Shown: positions 27,448 through 34,210 of the stretch, one piece after another | Layout of the letters: each line of letters starts with the position of its first letter | Position numbering within the stretch: the stretch's first letter is position 1 | From: an uncultured Candidatus Rokubacteria bacterium | GTDB lineage: Bacteria > Methylomirabilota > Methylomirabilia > Rokubacteriales > CSP1-6 | Assembly (NCBI GenBank): GCA_963721815.1 | Contig: CAVRLO010000024.1 | Span: 806,475-870,474 of the forward strand | DNA length: 64,000 nt | Direction: 5' to 3' | Made by a program: the position numbers and the translations under genes | Notes under the pieces: generated by a model | Databases searched by the model: none | Told to the model about the DNA's origin: nothing | Seen by the model: the letters and a program-made list of their open reading frames with translations, nothing else

Positions 27448-28361
27448 GTCCAGAGCCGGTGCCGGACCGGCTCCGGCCAGCGGTCGGGGTCGAAACCGTG
27501 AACCTGGAACAGGGCCAGAACGATGCGCTCCAGGCCGAATCCGAGACAGGCCGTGTGGGCGACGCCGCCCTCGGCGGTGACGATTCCGAACTTCGAGGCG
27601 AAGTGATCCTCATGGTAGTTGAGCGACATCACGGCGGTCGGCCGCTCGGACGACGTGATGGGCACGACGGCCTCGAGCTTGAGCTTCTGGTCTCGTTGAC
27701 TGCCGGCGAGCCATTTCCCCCGACGGCCGAAGAACGGATCGGAGGCGGGGACGACCTCGACCGCCAGTCCCAGCGCGCGCATGATCGAGGCCCCCCGCTC
27801 GATCCAGCGTGCCCGCCAGTCGAGGACTACCTCAGGCGAAGCGAGCCGGACGTGTTCGCGCATCCGGAACGCTTGCAGCCGCGCCGGGTCCGGGGAGGGC
27901 TCGCGGCGAAAGCAATATGAGGTCAGGTCGATCAGGCGTCCGGCGAACGGCAGGCTGCCCCGACAGGTCGGGTATGCGGGATAGCAGGCGGCGGACGACA
28001 GCGCGACGTCAGTCATCTTCAAGAACGTGCTCCAGTCCCCTCCTGCCGCCACCTGCGCCTGCAGCTCGGCGTGATCCGCGTCGTCTCCCTCGAAGCTGAA
28101 CACCGTTCCGGCCAGGTGTGGAAAGGAGCCCAGGAACCCGCTCTGCTCCACCAGCCGACGCGGGATGACGGGCGGAAAGTGCATGGCCTCGGCACCATCG
28201 TCGGCGACGGTGCGTGAGATGTGCTGGTTCACGCCGGCCAGCACCATCTCGAAGGTGTTGTTGCGCCCGACGACACCCGGGACCCCGAGTGGAATGATCA
28301 GCCCCCGGCCTACGAGCTCGTCGTGGAAGGGGGGTTCCTCGTCCCTGGACCTGACGATCAT
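27444..28361 (-). CDS. amino acid--[acyl-carrier-protein] ligase (class II aminoacyl-tRNA-synthetase catalytic-core homolog without a tRNA-binding domain)
   Basis: The C-terminal 305 aa of ORF 27444..28946 start at ATG 28361, which forms an ATGA overlap with the upstream gene. Class II motif 2 is LTSYCFRREPSPDPARLQAFRMREHV and motif 3 is HTACLGFGLERIVLALF. The segment ALSSAACYPAYP resembles the zinc-site region of methanogen-type SerRS. The protein is too short to be a real aaRS. Confidence 0.75.
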   Translation of the reverse strand: MIVRSRDEEPPFHDELVGRGLIIPLGVPGVVGRNNTFEMVLAGVNQHISRTVADDGAEAMHFPPVIPRRLVEQSGFLGSFPHLAGTVFSFEGDDADHAELQAQVAAGGDWSTFLKMTDVALSSAACYPAYPTCRGSLPFAGRLIDLTSYCFRREPSPDPARLQAFRMREHVRLASPEVVLDWRARWIERGASIMRALGLAVEVVPASDPFFGRRGKWLAGSQRDQKLKLEAVVPITSSERPTAVMSLNYHEDHFASKFGIVTAEGGVAHTACLGFGLERIVLALFQVHGFDPDRWPEPVRHRLWT

Positions 28362-29557
28362 GCGTCGGACTTGGACACGAGCAGCAAGGCGGCATTCGTG
28401 GCAAGGATCCGATCGTTGCCGATCATCAGAGGCGCGGAGTGCGCGTCGCGGAGCTGACGGCCGAGGCCGAACTCCGAATCGTTCGCATAGCCGGCCATGC
28501 CGCAGACGAGCAGAGCCTGCTGGACGATCTCGACGAGCTGGCGCGACGCCGTGAGCTTGAGCCCGTTCATCCGCACTGCGAAGCCGAGCCCTGGACCTGC
28601 CTGCTCTCCGTCGGTGGCGTCGAGCAGGTGCCGGTACTCGACGATCACGCCTTGCACCCCCGCGCGCATCGCCTGGAAGGTGGCGCACAGATCGGCGAGA
28701 CGCGCGGCGGTCGCGGGTACCGCTCCCGGCCGCTGGCGGGCCTGGTCGCGCACGAAGCTCCGCGCCCGCTCGACGGCGTCGCTCGCGAGCCCCAGCCACA
28801 CGTTGGCCCACAGGATGTGGGAGAACGGGACCATGGTGGCGCTGGCGATGTCCGCGAACGGTACCGTCAGGATCTGATCTAGCCGGCCGTGCCCGGTTAC
28901 ACGGAAGGCGGGACTGCACGTCCCGCGCATGCCCAGCGTTTGCCACGTACCCCGACGCTCGAGCGAGTAGTGGGGCCGTCGGAGCAGCAGGAGGACCTGA
29001 TCATTGCTGGCCGCGGCCGGCGACCGGCGGGCCGTGACCAGGACATCATCGGCCTCCTCGCCGTACGAGATGGCGGCGGCCACCTTCTCGAGCCGAAATC
29101 CTTCCGCGTCGGCCTGGACGGCGCACTGGCTGGTGCGCAGGTCGCCACCGACGCCGACTTCCGACGTGGCGGACGCGATCAGGAGCTGGCGCTCGGTGAC
29201 CTCGGCGAGGTACGCGCGGATCCAGGACGAACTCATGCCGTGGCGGACCAGGCAGGCCACCTCGATGTAGTGCATCGCCAGGACCATCGCGGTGCTGGCG
29301 CAGTACCGGCCCAGGAGCCGGCAGAGCGCGGCAAGCTCCGCGATGCCACAGCCCAGACCGCCGAGGTCGGTCGGTATCCCGGCGCCGAGCGCCTTCGCCT
29401 TCTTGAGCTCGGCCAGTGCCTCGTGGGGGAACCGCGCGTCGCGGTCGATCTCCGGGGCCAGTGGCCCCGCGACCTCGACGCCGATGCGCCGGACCTGCGC
29501 CTCGAGTCGATCACGACCTCGAGAAGCCTGCGGCGCCGGCGATGGCATCGGGGGCAA
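28358..29557 (-). CDS. acyl-CoA dehydrogenase family protein
   Basis: Intact 399-aa ORF with a TTG start at 29557 or an ATG at 29548. The sequence includes IPTDLGGLGCGIAELAALCRLLGRYCASTAMVLAMH, LIASATSEVGVGGDLRTS, WQTLGMRGTCS and CGMAGYANDSEFGLGRQLRDAHSAPLMIGNDRI, the typical ACAD architecture. Confidence 0.8.
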   Translation of the reverse strand: MPPMPSPAPQASRGRDRLEAQVRRIGVEVAGPLAPEIDRDARFPHEALAELKKAKALGAGIPTDLGGLGCGIAELAALCRLLGRYCASTAMVLAMHYIEVACLVRHGMSSSWIRAYLAEVTERQLLIASATSEVGVGGDLRTSQCAVQADAEGFRLEKVAAAISYGEEADDVLVTARRSPAAASNDQVLLLLRRPHYSLERRGTWQTLGMRGTCSPAFRVTGHGRLDQILTVPFADIASATMVPFSHILWANVWLGLASDAVERARSFVRDQARQRPGAVPATAARLADLCATFQAMRAGVQGVIVEYRHLLDATDGEQAGPGLGFAVRMNGLKLTASRQLVEIVQQALLVCGMAGYANDSEFGLGRQLRDAHSAPLMIGNDRILATNAALLLVSKSDA

Positions 29558-29558
29558 A

Positions 29559-29801
29559 TCAGCGGTGGAGCTGCAACTGTTCGATGGCTGCCCGGATCGC
29601 GTTGACGGATGCGAACGTCGCCCGGTTTAGCATCGAGTCGGGGAACTCCAGATCGAACGCCTCTTCGAGTCCCAGCATGACATTGACGCCAGCGTGCGAC
29701 GTCATCCCGGCCTGGTAGAGATCGGTATCGTCCTCCAGCGCCTCCGGAGGGACGCGCAGCCGACCGTGCTCGACCAGGACGACGCGAATCCGGTCATTCA
29801 A
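29559..29801 (-). CDS. acyl/peptidyl carrier protein (phosphopantetheine attachment site present)
   Basis: The 80-aa ORF has a TTG start that overlaps the PPTase stop (TTGAATGA). The motif DLYQAGMTSHAGVNVMLGLEEAFDLEFPD contains the conserved Ser for 4'-phosphopantetheine. Confidence 0.8.
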   Translation of the reverse strand: MNDRIRVVLVEHGRLRVPPEALEDDTDLYQAGMTSHAGVNVMLGLEEAFDLEFPDSMLNRATFASVNAIRAAIEQLQLHR

Positions 29802-30108
29802 CGCGGCGGCCTTTCCCGCGCTCCTCGGCCACGACCACCGCGGTCGCGTAGGTGCCGTCGTGACTCAGGCTGACTTCGAGCTCGCCCAGGCCCTGGGCGT
29901 CAGCCAGGGCCGCCGCCGCACCGCTGAGTCTCAGCTCGCACCATCCGCGAAACGTGCCGCGAGGCTTACCGGGCGCGACCTTCGCCGTCTCCCGCAGACA
30001 GTCAGCGCGCTCATCCTGGGTGAAGATCCGATCGAGGGAACGGGATCGGAAGCGGGGCAGCGACGTCGAGACCTCTTCTATGCACACGAGGTCGATTCCC
30101 ACTCTCAT
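29794..30108 (-). CDS. short AcpS-type 4'-phosphopantetheinyl transferase (holo-ACP synthase-like)
   Basis: The 104-aa ORF reads MRVGIDLVCIEEV...LDRIFTQDERADC...EVSLSHDGTYATAVVVAE, which matches the GIDxVxI / F...E / SLSH...A.A blocks of AcpS. The central region is shorter than in canonical AcpS. Confidence 0.55.
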   Translation of the reverse strand: MRVGIDLVCIEEVSTSLPRFRSRSLDRIFTQDERADCLRETAKVAPGKPRGTFRGWCELRLSGAAAALADAQGLGELEVSLSHDGTYATAVVVAEERGKGRRVE

Positions 30109-30390
30109 GAGCGCTTGTCCTGGGCCCTCCTGCGTTCACCATCCGCGGGAAGGACTGGTCCATCGGCTGGGCGGCGCCTAGCGTCGATGCCCCCCAGGGT
30201 CGAACCAAGGCGCTGCGGCCCAGTGGGGCGTAAGAGACTAGCACACCCTTGTGCTCATGACAATGCTGCGGGTGACGATGGCGCCGCTCTTGCCAATCGG
30301 CTCGAGGTCCATGGCCATCCCTCTAGCGCGGCCGCAATCGAACGGTGGATGCTGCTCGCGCCGCCCTCTCCAACGGGGGGCTTCAGGGAT

Positions 30391-30580
30391 TCAGGCGACG
30401 GCCACCGTGGCGCGCGGGCGCGCGCCCGTCCCCGGCGGATCGGGCAGCGCGAACGCCTCGAAGGGCCGGTTCACCAGCCGCCCGTTGTCGGCCGTCAGGC
30501 GCTCGCGCACGGTTCCCGCCACCCTGACGGTCTGCTCCACGTCGAAGGCGACCCTCTGGCTGCTGCGCCAGGTCGAGCAT
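30391..30580 (-). CDS. small hypothetical protein (about 50-63 aa), probable frame break near its 5' end
   Basis: The strongly GC3-biased frame gives ...VAFDVEQTVRVAGTVRERLTADNGRLVNRPFEAFALPDPPGTGARPRATVAVA*. The ATG at 30580 (MLDLAQQPEG) is in the neighbouring frame, and an in-frame GTG alternative lies at 30540. Before the IS insertion this ATG lay 3 nt after the TAG of the upstream gene. Confidence 0.3.
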
Positions 30581-30582
30581 GG

Positions 30583-30588
30583 CCTAGA
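30583..30588. repeat. target-site duplication CCTAGA (left copy)
   Basis: This copy is identical to 31617-31622 and directly abuts the IS inverted repeat. It fits the NCTAGN target known for IS481. Confidence 0.85.
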
Positions 30589-31528
30589 TGTGAACGAGCA
30601 TGAGGTTGTTCCCCCGCGGGAACCGACTCATGGGTGGCTGCCGGTTGAGACTCGTATGCGGTCGAGCGCAATTGTAGTGCTCCAGCCAGCCCGGGAGGAC
30701 CCGGCCACGATCCGCCGAGGTGTAGTAGGGCCGCCGGTACGCCCACTCGCGCAGCGCGGTCTGGATGAAGCGCTCCGCTTTGCCGTTCGTGCGGGGCGTG
30801 TAGGGGCGGGTCCGGCGATGGATCACGCGCAGGGCTCGACAGGCGGCCCGAAAGCTCCGGGAGCGATAGGCCGAGCCGTTGTCGGTCAGGATCCGGCGCA
30901 CGCGCACGCCGTGGGCGCGAAACCAGCGCAGCGCGCCCCGCAGAAAGCGACGGGCGGTCAGTTGGCCTTCGTCGGGGAGCAACTCCACGTAGGCGACGCG
31001 CGAGTGATCATCGACGGCGACGTGCAAGTATTCCCAGCCGGCGCCGCTGAACCGGTGGAAGCGCTGCCCGGTCACGCGGTGCCCCAGGCCGCGAATCCGG
31101 CCCAGCTTCTTGGAATCGAGGTGGAGCAGATCGCCGACCGCCGCGTGCTCGTAGCGCTGGGCGACCAGGGGGGCCGTGAGCCGCCCGCGCCGCGAGAGCC
31201 CACACCGCCGCAGCACGCGGGCGACGGTGGCCGCACTCACCTCGAGCGCGACCGCGATCTGCCCGCAGGTCCACTGCTGGCGCCGCAACACCTTGGCGGC
31301 GAGCTGCAGGCGCGCGGCCGTGAGCCGGGGACTGGTGTGGGGCCGGCTCGACCGGTCGGCCAAGCCGGCCCAGCCGTCGGCCTGATAGCGAGCGCGCCAC
31401 TTCCGGGCAGTATGGGCCGATACGGCGAACCCGCGCGCCAGGCGCTTGAGGGGTTCGCCGGCTTCCAGCCGCATCACCAGTTCTTGTCGACGGCGCAGCG
31501 TGAGTCGGGCATTCTTGTGGACGTTCAT
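30584..31528 (-). CDS. IS481-family DDE transposase (rve integrase core)
   Basis: From M84 of ORF 30584..31777 it reads MNVHKNARLTLRRRQELVMRLEAGEPLKRLARGFAVSAHTARKWRARYQ (HTH)...LLHLDSKKLG...ILTDNGSAYRS...YTPRTNGKAERFIQTALREW (D, D, E). The TAG stop at 30584-30586 lies in the flanking CTAG target duplication, outside the inverted repeat. Confidence 0.9.
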   Translation of the reverse strand: MNVHKNARLTLRRRQELVMRLEAGEPLKRLARGFAVSAHTARKWRARYQADGWAGLADRSSRPHTSPRLTAARLQLAAKVLRRQQWTCGQIAVALEVSAATVARVLRRCGLSRRGRLTAPLVAQRYEHAAVGDLLHLDSKKLGRIRGLGHRVTGQRFHRFSGAGWEYLHVAVDDHSRVAYVELLPDEGQLTARRFLRGALRWFRAHGVRVRRILTDNGSAYRSRSFRAACRALRVIHRRTRPYTPRTNGKAERFIQTALREWAYRRPYYTSADRGRVLPGWLEHYNCARPHTSLNRQPPMSRFPRGNNLMLVHI

Positions 31529-31616
31529 CCAGGCCTCCTGTCCCGGGTGAGTAATGACTTGGCAGCCACTACTTTCCCCAGGTCGGCCTGGGTGAACAAC
31601 CTCTTGCTTCGTCACA
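30589..31616 (-). mobile_element. IS481-family insertion sequence, 1028 bp, apparently intact
   Basis: The imperfect terminal inverted repeats are TGTGAACGAGCATGAGGTTGTTCCCCC (30589-30615) and TGTGACGAAGCAAGAGGTTGTTCACCC (reverse complement of 31590-31616), matching at 22 of 27 positions. They are flanked by direct CCTAGA copies. A single DDE transposase ORF fills the element. Confidence 0.9.
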
Positions 31617-31622
31617 CCTAGA
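31617..31622. repeat. target-site duplication CCTAGA (right copy)
   Basis: This copy is identical to 30583-30588 and directly abuts the other inverted repeat. Confidence 0.85.
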
Positions 31623-31952
31623 TCAGGTCGGACCCGAACCGGCGCGGCGCCGCCGCGTACTTCGCCACCACGCCCGGCAACTCTCCTCGGCAGCGGACGG
31701 CGGACGAGGTCGATTCGGGAAACCTCGCTGTCCTCAAGCGTGACCGGCACTGCGGCGCCGTCGTCGCTGAGCGCCATCTTGAGGCGTACTCGAGTTCGCC
31801 ATCATCGTCGGTCCAGAACACGAAGTATGGGCGTCGGCGGGGATCGCCGAAGACCACCGTGCGGGGAAGGTGGGAAGCCGAGGCCCGCTCTCTACGTTGA
31901 CGCGGACACCACAGAAATCCCCGTCGGAAACTCGCACCCCTGTTTTCTCCAT
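31618..31952 (-). pseudogene. hypothetical gene readable only across three frames
   Basis: The pieces are MEKTGVRVSDGDFCGVRVNVESGPRLPTFP / RTVVFGDPRRRPYFVFWTDDDGELEYAS / KMALSDDGAAVPVTLEDSEVSRIDLVRRPLPRR / ELPGVVAKYAAAPRRFGSDLI*. The TAG stop is the CTAG used by the IS as its target. I recognise no family. Confidence 0.3.
31681..31785 (-). repeat. about 105-nt segment paralogous to 21775-21878 (inverted orientation)
   Basis: See the feature at 21775-21878. The alignment was done by hand. Confidence 0.6.
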
Positions 31953-32194
31953 TCATTCCACGTGGTCGGGCTTTCGATAGAATTGCCACTGGGGCGCCGC
32001 GTTATCGAAGAAAGCGTCAAGGTCCTTCCGCCGGAACCTCCACCCTCCACCAATGACACGGCCCTCGAGCTCGCCGCGGCGCACATACTCGCGGACTGTC
32101 CGTGGTGAAGACGAAGCACATCGGCGGCCTCTTTGAGCGTCAGGAGACGCTCCAGATCGGGGACAGGGGAAGCCCCGGTCGTTTGCGATGTCAT
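31953..32194 (-). CDS. excisionase/MerR-superfamily helix-turn-helix DNA-binding protein (HTH_17-like), one frame break
   Basis: The protein reads MTSQTTGASPVPDLERLLTLKEAADVLR (ORF 31892..32194), then SPRTVREYVRRGELEGRVIGGGWRFRRKDLDAFFDN...* (ORF 31953..32204). The shift lies near 32105. This is the typical LT.KEAA..L.VS.RTV...V..G.L....G..WR....DL..F pattern. Confidence 0.6.
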
Positions 32195-32484
32195 AAATCT
32201 TCATGGGGACGTGGTGGTCCCCATCGGGTGTGATCTGGCTGGAACGCGAGTCCCGAGGTCGTGCGTTCCACGATGTTCCAGCGACCTACTGCGTTGTCGG
32301 CGATCTTGCTCGCCAAGTAGAGACCGGCAGCGGGCCCGCAGTCTGTCGGGAGCTGGCGACGCAACTTTCTCTGCGGTCATGGCTCGGCTTCGCTCGCAAC
32401 CGTGGACCGCGCTTTCTTCGCGGCCCGTTCGCGCCGTTTCCGGACGCGGTAGAGCACCGTAGGCCGGAACGATACGGCGCTACG

Positions 32485-33321
32485 TCACCCCTTCAGCCCG
32501 CCCGCCCCCCACCCGGCAATCAAGTACCGCTGCACCGCCACAAAGAACACCAGCGCCGGGATCGTCACCATCACCCCCGCCGCCATGATCAGCCCCCAAT
32601 CGACGACCGCCATGTGAAAGAACTCATTGATCCCGATCGCCAGCGTCTTCAAATCGTCCTTCCCGATCAGCACCAGCGCGAAGAGAAAGTCATTCCACGC
32701 CACGATGAAGGTGAAGATCGCGGTGGCGATGATGCCGGGCAGCGCCAGCGGCATCACCACATAGAGAAGAGCCTGGGCGCGGTTGGCGCCGTCGATCAGG
32801 GCTGCGTGCTCGAGCTCGATGGGGATGGACTGAAAGAACGCTCTCAAGATCCACAGTGCGTAGGGCAGGGCGAACGAGATGTAGGTGAGGGCGAGGCCCA
32901 GGAGCGAGTTGGTGAGGCCGAACTGGCGGGCCACTAGGAACAGCGGCACCAGCATGATGATCGGCGGGAACATGTAGGCCAGCAGTGTCAGGCGCGCCAC
33001 CAGGGTGCGGCCGCGGAAGGCGTAGCGGGTGAGGCTGTAGGCGCCGATCACGCCGCCCAGGATGACGATGATCGTCGTGATCGCCGAGACCAGGATGGTG
33101 TTCTGGAAGTAGACCCAGAAGTTGGTCTCGTAGAAGAGCTTGCGGTAGGCGCGCAGCTCCCATTCGTGGGGCCAGAACGTGGGGGGCGAGGCCAGCAGCT
33201 CGTGGCTCACCTTGAAGGACGACACCACCATCCAGTAGAGCGGGAACGCGCAGAAGACGAAGAGGCCGATGCGCAGGGCCCATGCGGCCGCCTTGGAGAC
33301 CCGCCGCCGTCGGCTACGCAT
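32485..33321 (-). CDS. carbohydrate ABC transporter permease (MalG/UgpE-like)
   Basis: Intact 278-aa ORF with 6 TM segments and the EAA-type loop ELEHAALIDGANRAQALLYVVMPLALPG. Confidence 0.85.
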   Translation of the reverse strand: MRSRRRRVSKAAAWALRIGLFVFCAFPLYWMVVSSFKVSHELLASPPTFWPHEWELRAYRKLFYETNFWVYFQNTILVSAITTIIVILGGVIGAYSLTRYAFRGRTLVARLTLLAYMFPPIIMLVPLFLVARQFGLTNSLLGLALTYISFALPYALWILRAFFQSIPIELEHAALIDGANRAQALLYVVMPLALPGIIATAIFTFIVAWNDFLFALVLIGKDDLKTLAIGINEFFHMAVVDWGLIMAAGVMVTIPALVFFVAVQRYLIAGWGAGGLKG

Positions 33322-34210
33322 CGGTGGCGTCCTCCGATGGCGGGAATGCGACGAAGTAGATCGTCACCGCCATGAGCAGCAGGGCGAGCATCACGTTGGA
33401 GAGCGCCGCTCCCATGCCTGCCTGGTAGTACGTGAACGAGCGCTGGTAGGTGAAGACCGGCAGCGTCCGGATGGCCTCACCGGCGCCACCGCCGAAGCCC
33501 AGCAGCCACGGCACGTCGAACTTGGTGAACATCCAGATGCCGCGCAACAGCAGGACGATCAGAAGCACGTTGCGGAGCTGGGGCAGGGTGACGTGGAAGA
33601 ATTGCCGCACGGCCGAGGCGCCGTCCACCCGCGCGGCGTCGTACAGCTCGGGCGAGATCGTCTGCAGGCGGGCCAGCACGTTGACGAGCACGAACGGACA
33701 GAACGTCCACACCGACAGGATGATGAGCACCCACATGATGGTGGTGTGGGTGAGCCAGGCTTCCGGCATGCCCGGGATACTCAGGGTGTTTAGCACGTAG
33801 GGGATCACGCCGTAGAGGTCGTTCATCAGCCAGCGCCAGACGAACACGGCGATGACTGTCGGGATCATGTACGGGAACAGGGCCACGCCCCGCAAGAAGT
33901 CGCAGCCCGCGAAGCGCTGGTGAAGGATCAGCGCGCCGGAGACGCCGACCACGATCTGGAGGATCGTGCTGCCGACGGCGTAGACGGTGGCGAGCCAGGT
34001 GCTGCGCCAGAAGTCGGGGTCAGCGAGGATCTGCGTGTAGTTGCCCAGGCCCACCCAGGTGCTGGTGAGGCGGAGCGAGTGCTTGGTGAAGAAGCCGAGC
34101 CACAGGTTGTAGCCGACGGGGAAGAGCGTGAACGCGAGGATCAGCACGGCAGAGGGCAGCAGCAGCCCCATGCCGAGCCAGGCCTCGCGCCTGTCTGCGC
34201 GGACGCTCAC
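33314..34210 (-). CDS. carbohydrate ABC transporter permease (MalF/UgpA-like)
   Basis: Intact 298-aa ORF with the EAA loop ELYDAARVDGASAVRQFFHVTLPQL. It overlaps the downstream permease gene by 8 nt and the upstream binding-protein gene by 4 nt. Confidence 0.85.
   Translation of the reverse strand: MSVRADRREAWLGMGLLLPSAVLILAFTLFPVGYNLWLGFFTKHSLRLTSTWVGLGNYTQILADPDFWRSTWLATVYAVGSTILQIVVGVSGALILHQRFAGCDFLRGVALFPYMIPTVIAVFVWRWLMNDLYGVIPYVLNTLSIPGMPEAWLTHTTIMWVLIILSVWTFCPFVLVNVLARLQTISPELYDAARVDGASAVRQFFHVTLPQLRNVLLIVLLLRGIWMFTKFDVPWLLGFGGGAGEAIRTLPVFTYQRSFTYYQAGMGAALSNVMLALLLMAVTIYFVAFPPSEDATDA

Noticed and set aside
30195-30216. The minus-strand sequence GGTTCGACCCTGGGG resembles a tRNA T-arm and could be an att or tRNA 3'-end relic at the island.
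   Set aside because: The flanking bases do not form a proper 5-bp T stem, since there are too many G-U or mismatched pairs. No acceptor stem or CCA context is present and no second copy exists at the other island end.
32195-32484. Possible integrase or phage-gene remnant upstream of the excisionase-like gene, with minus-strand pieces such as GLYLASKIADNAVGRWNIVERTTSGLAFQPDHTRW and VLYRVRKRRERAAKKARS.
   Set aside because: The fragments are short, lie in different frames, and match no recombinase motif I recognise. I left them unannotated and mention them only as debris within the island.
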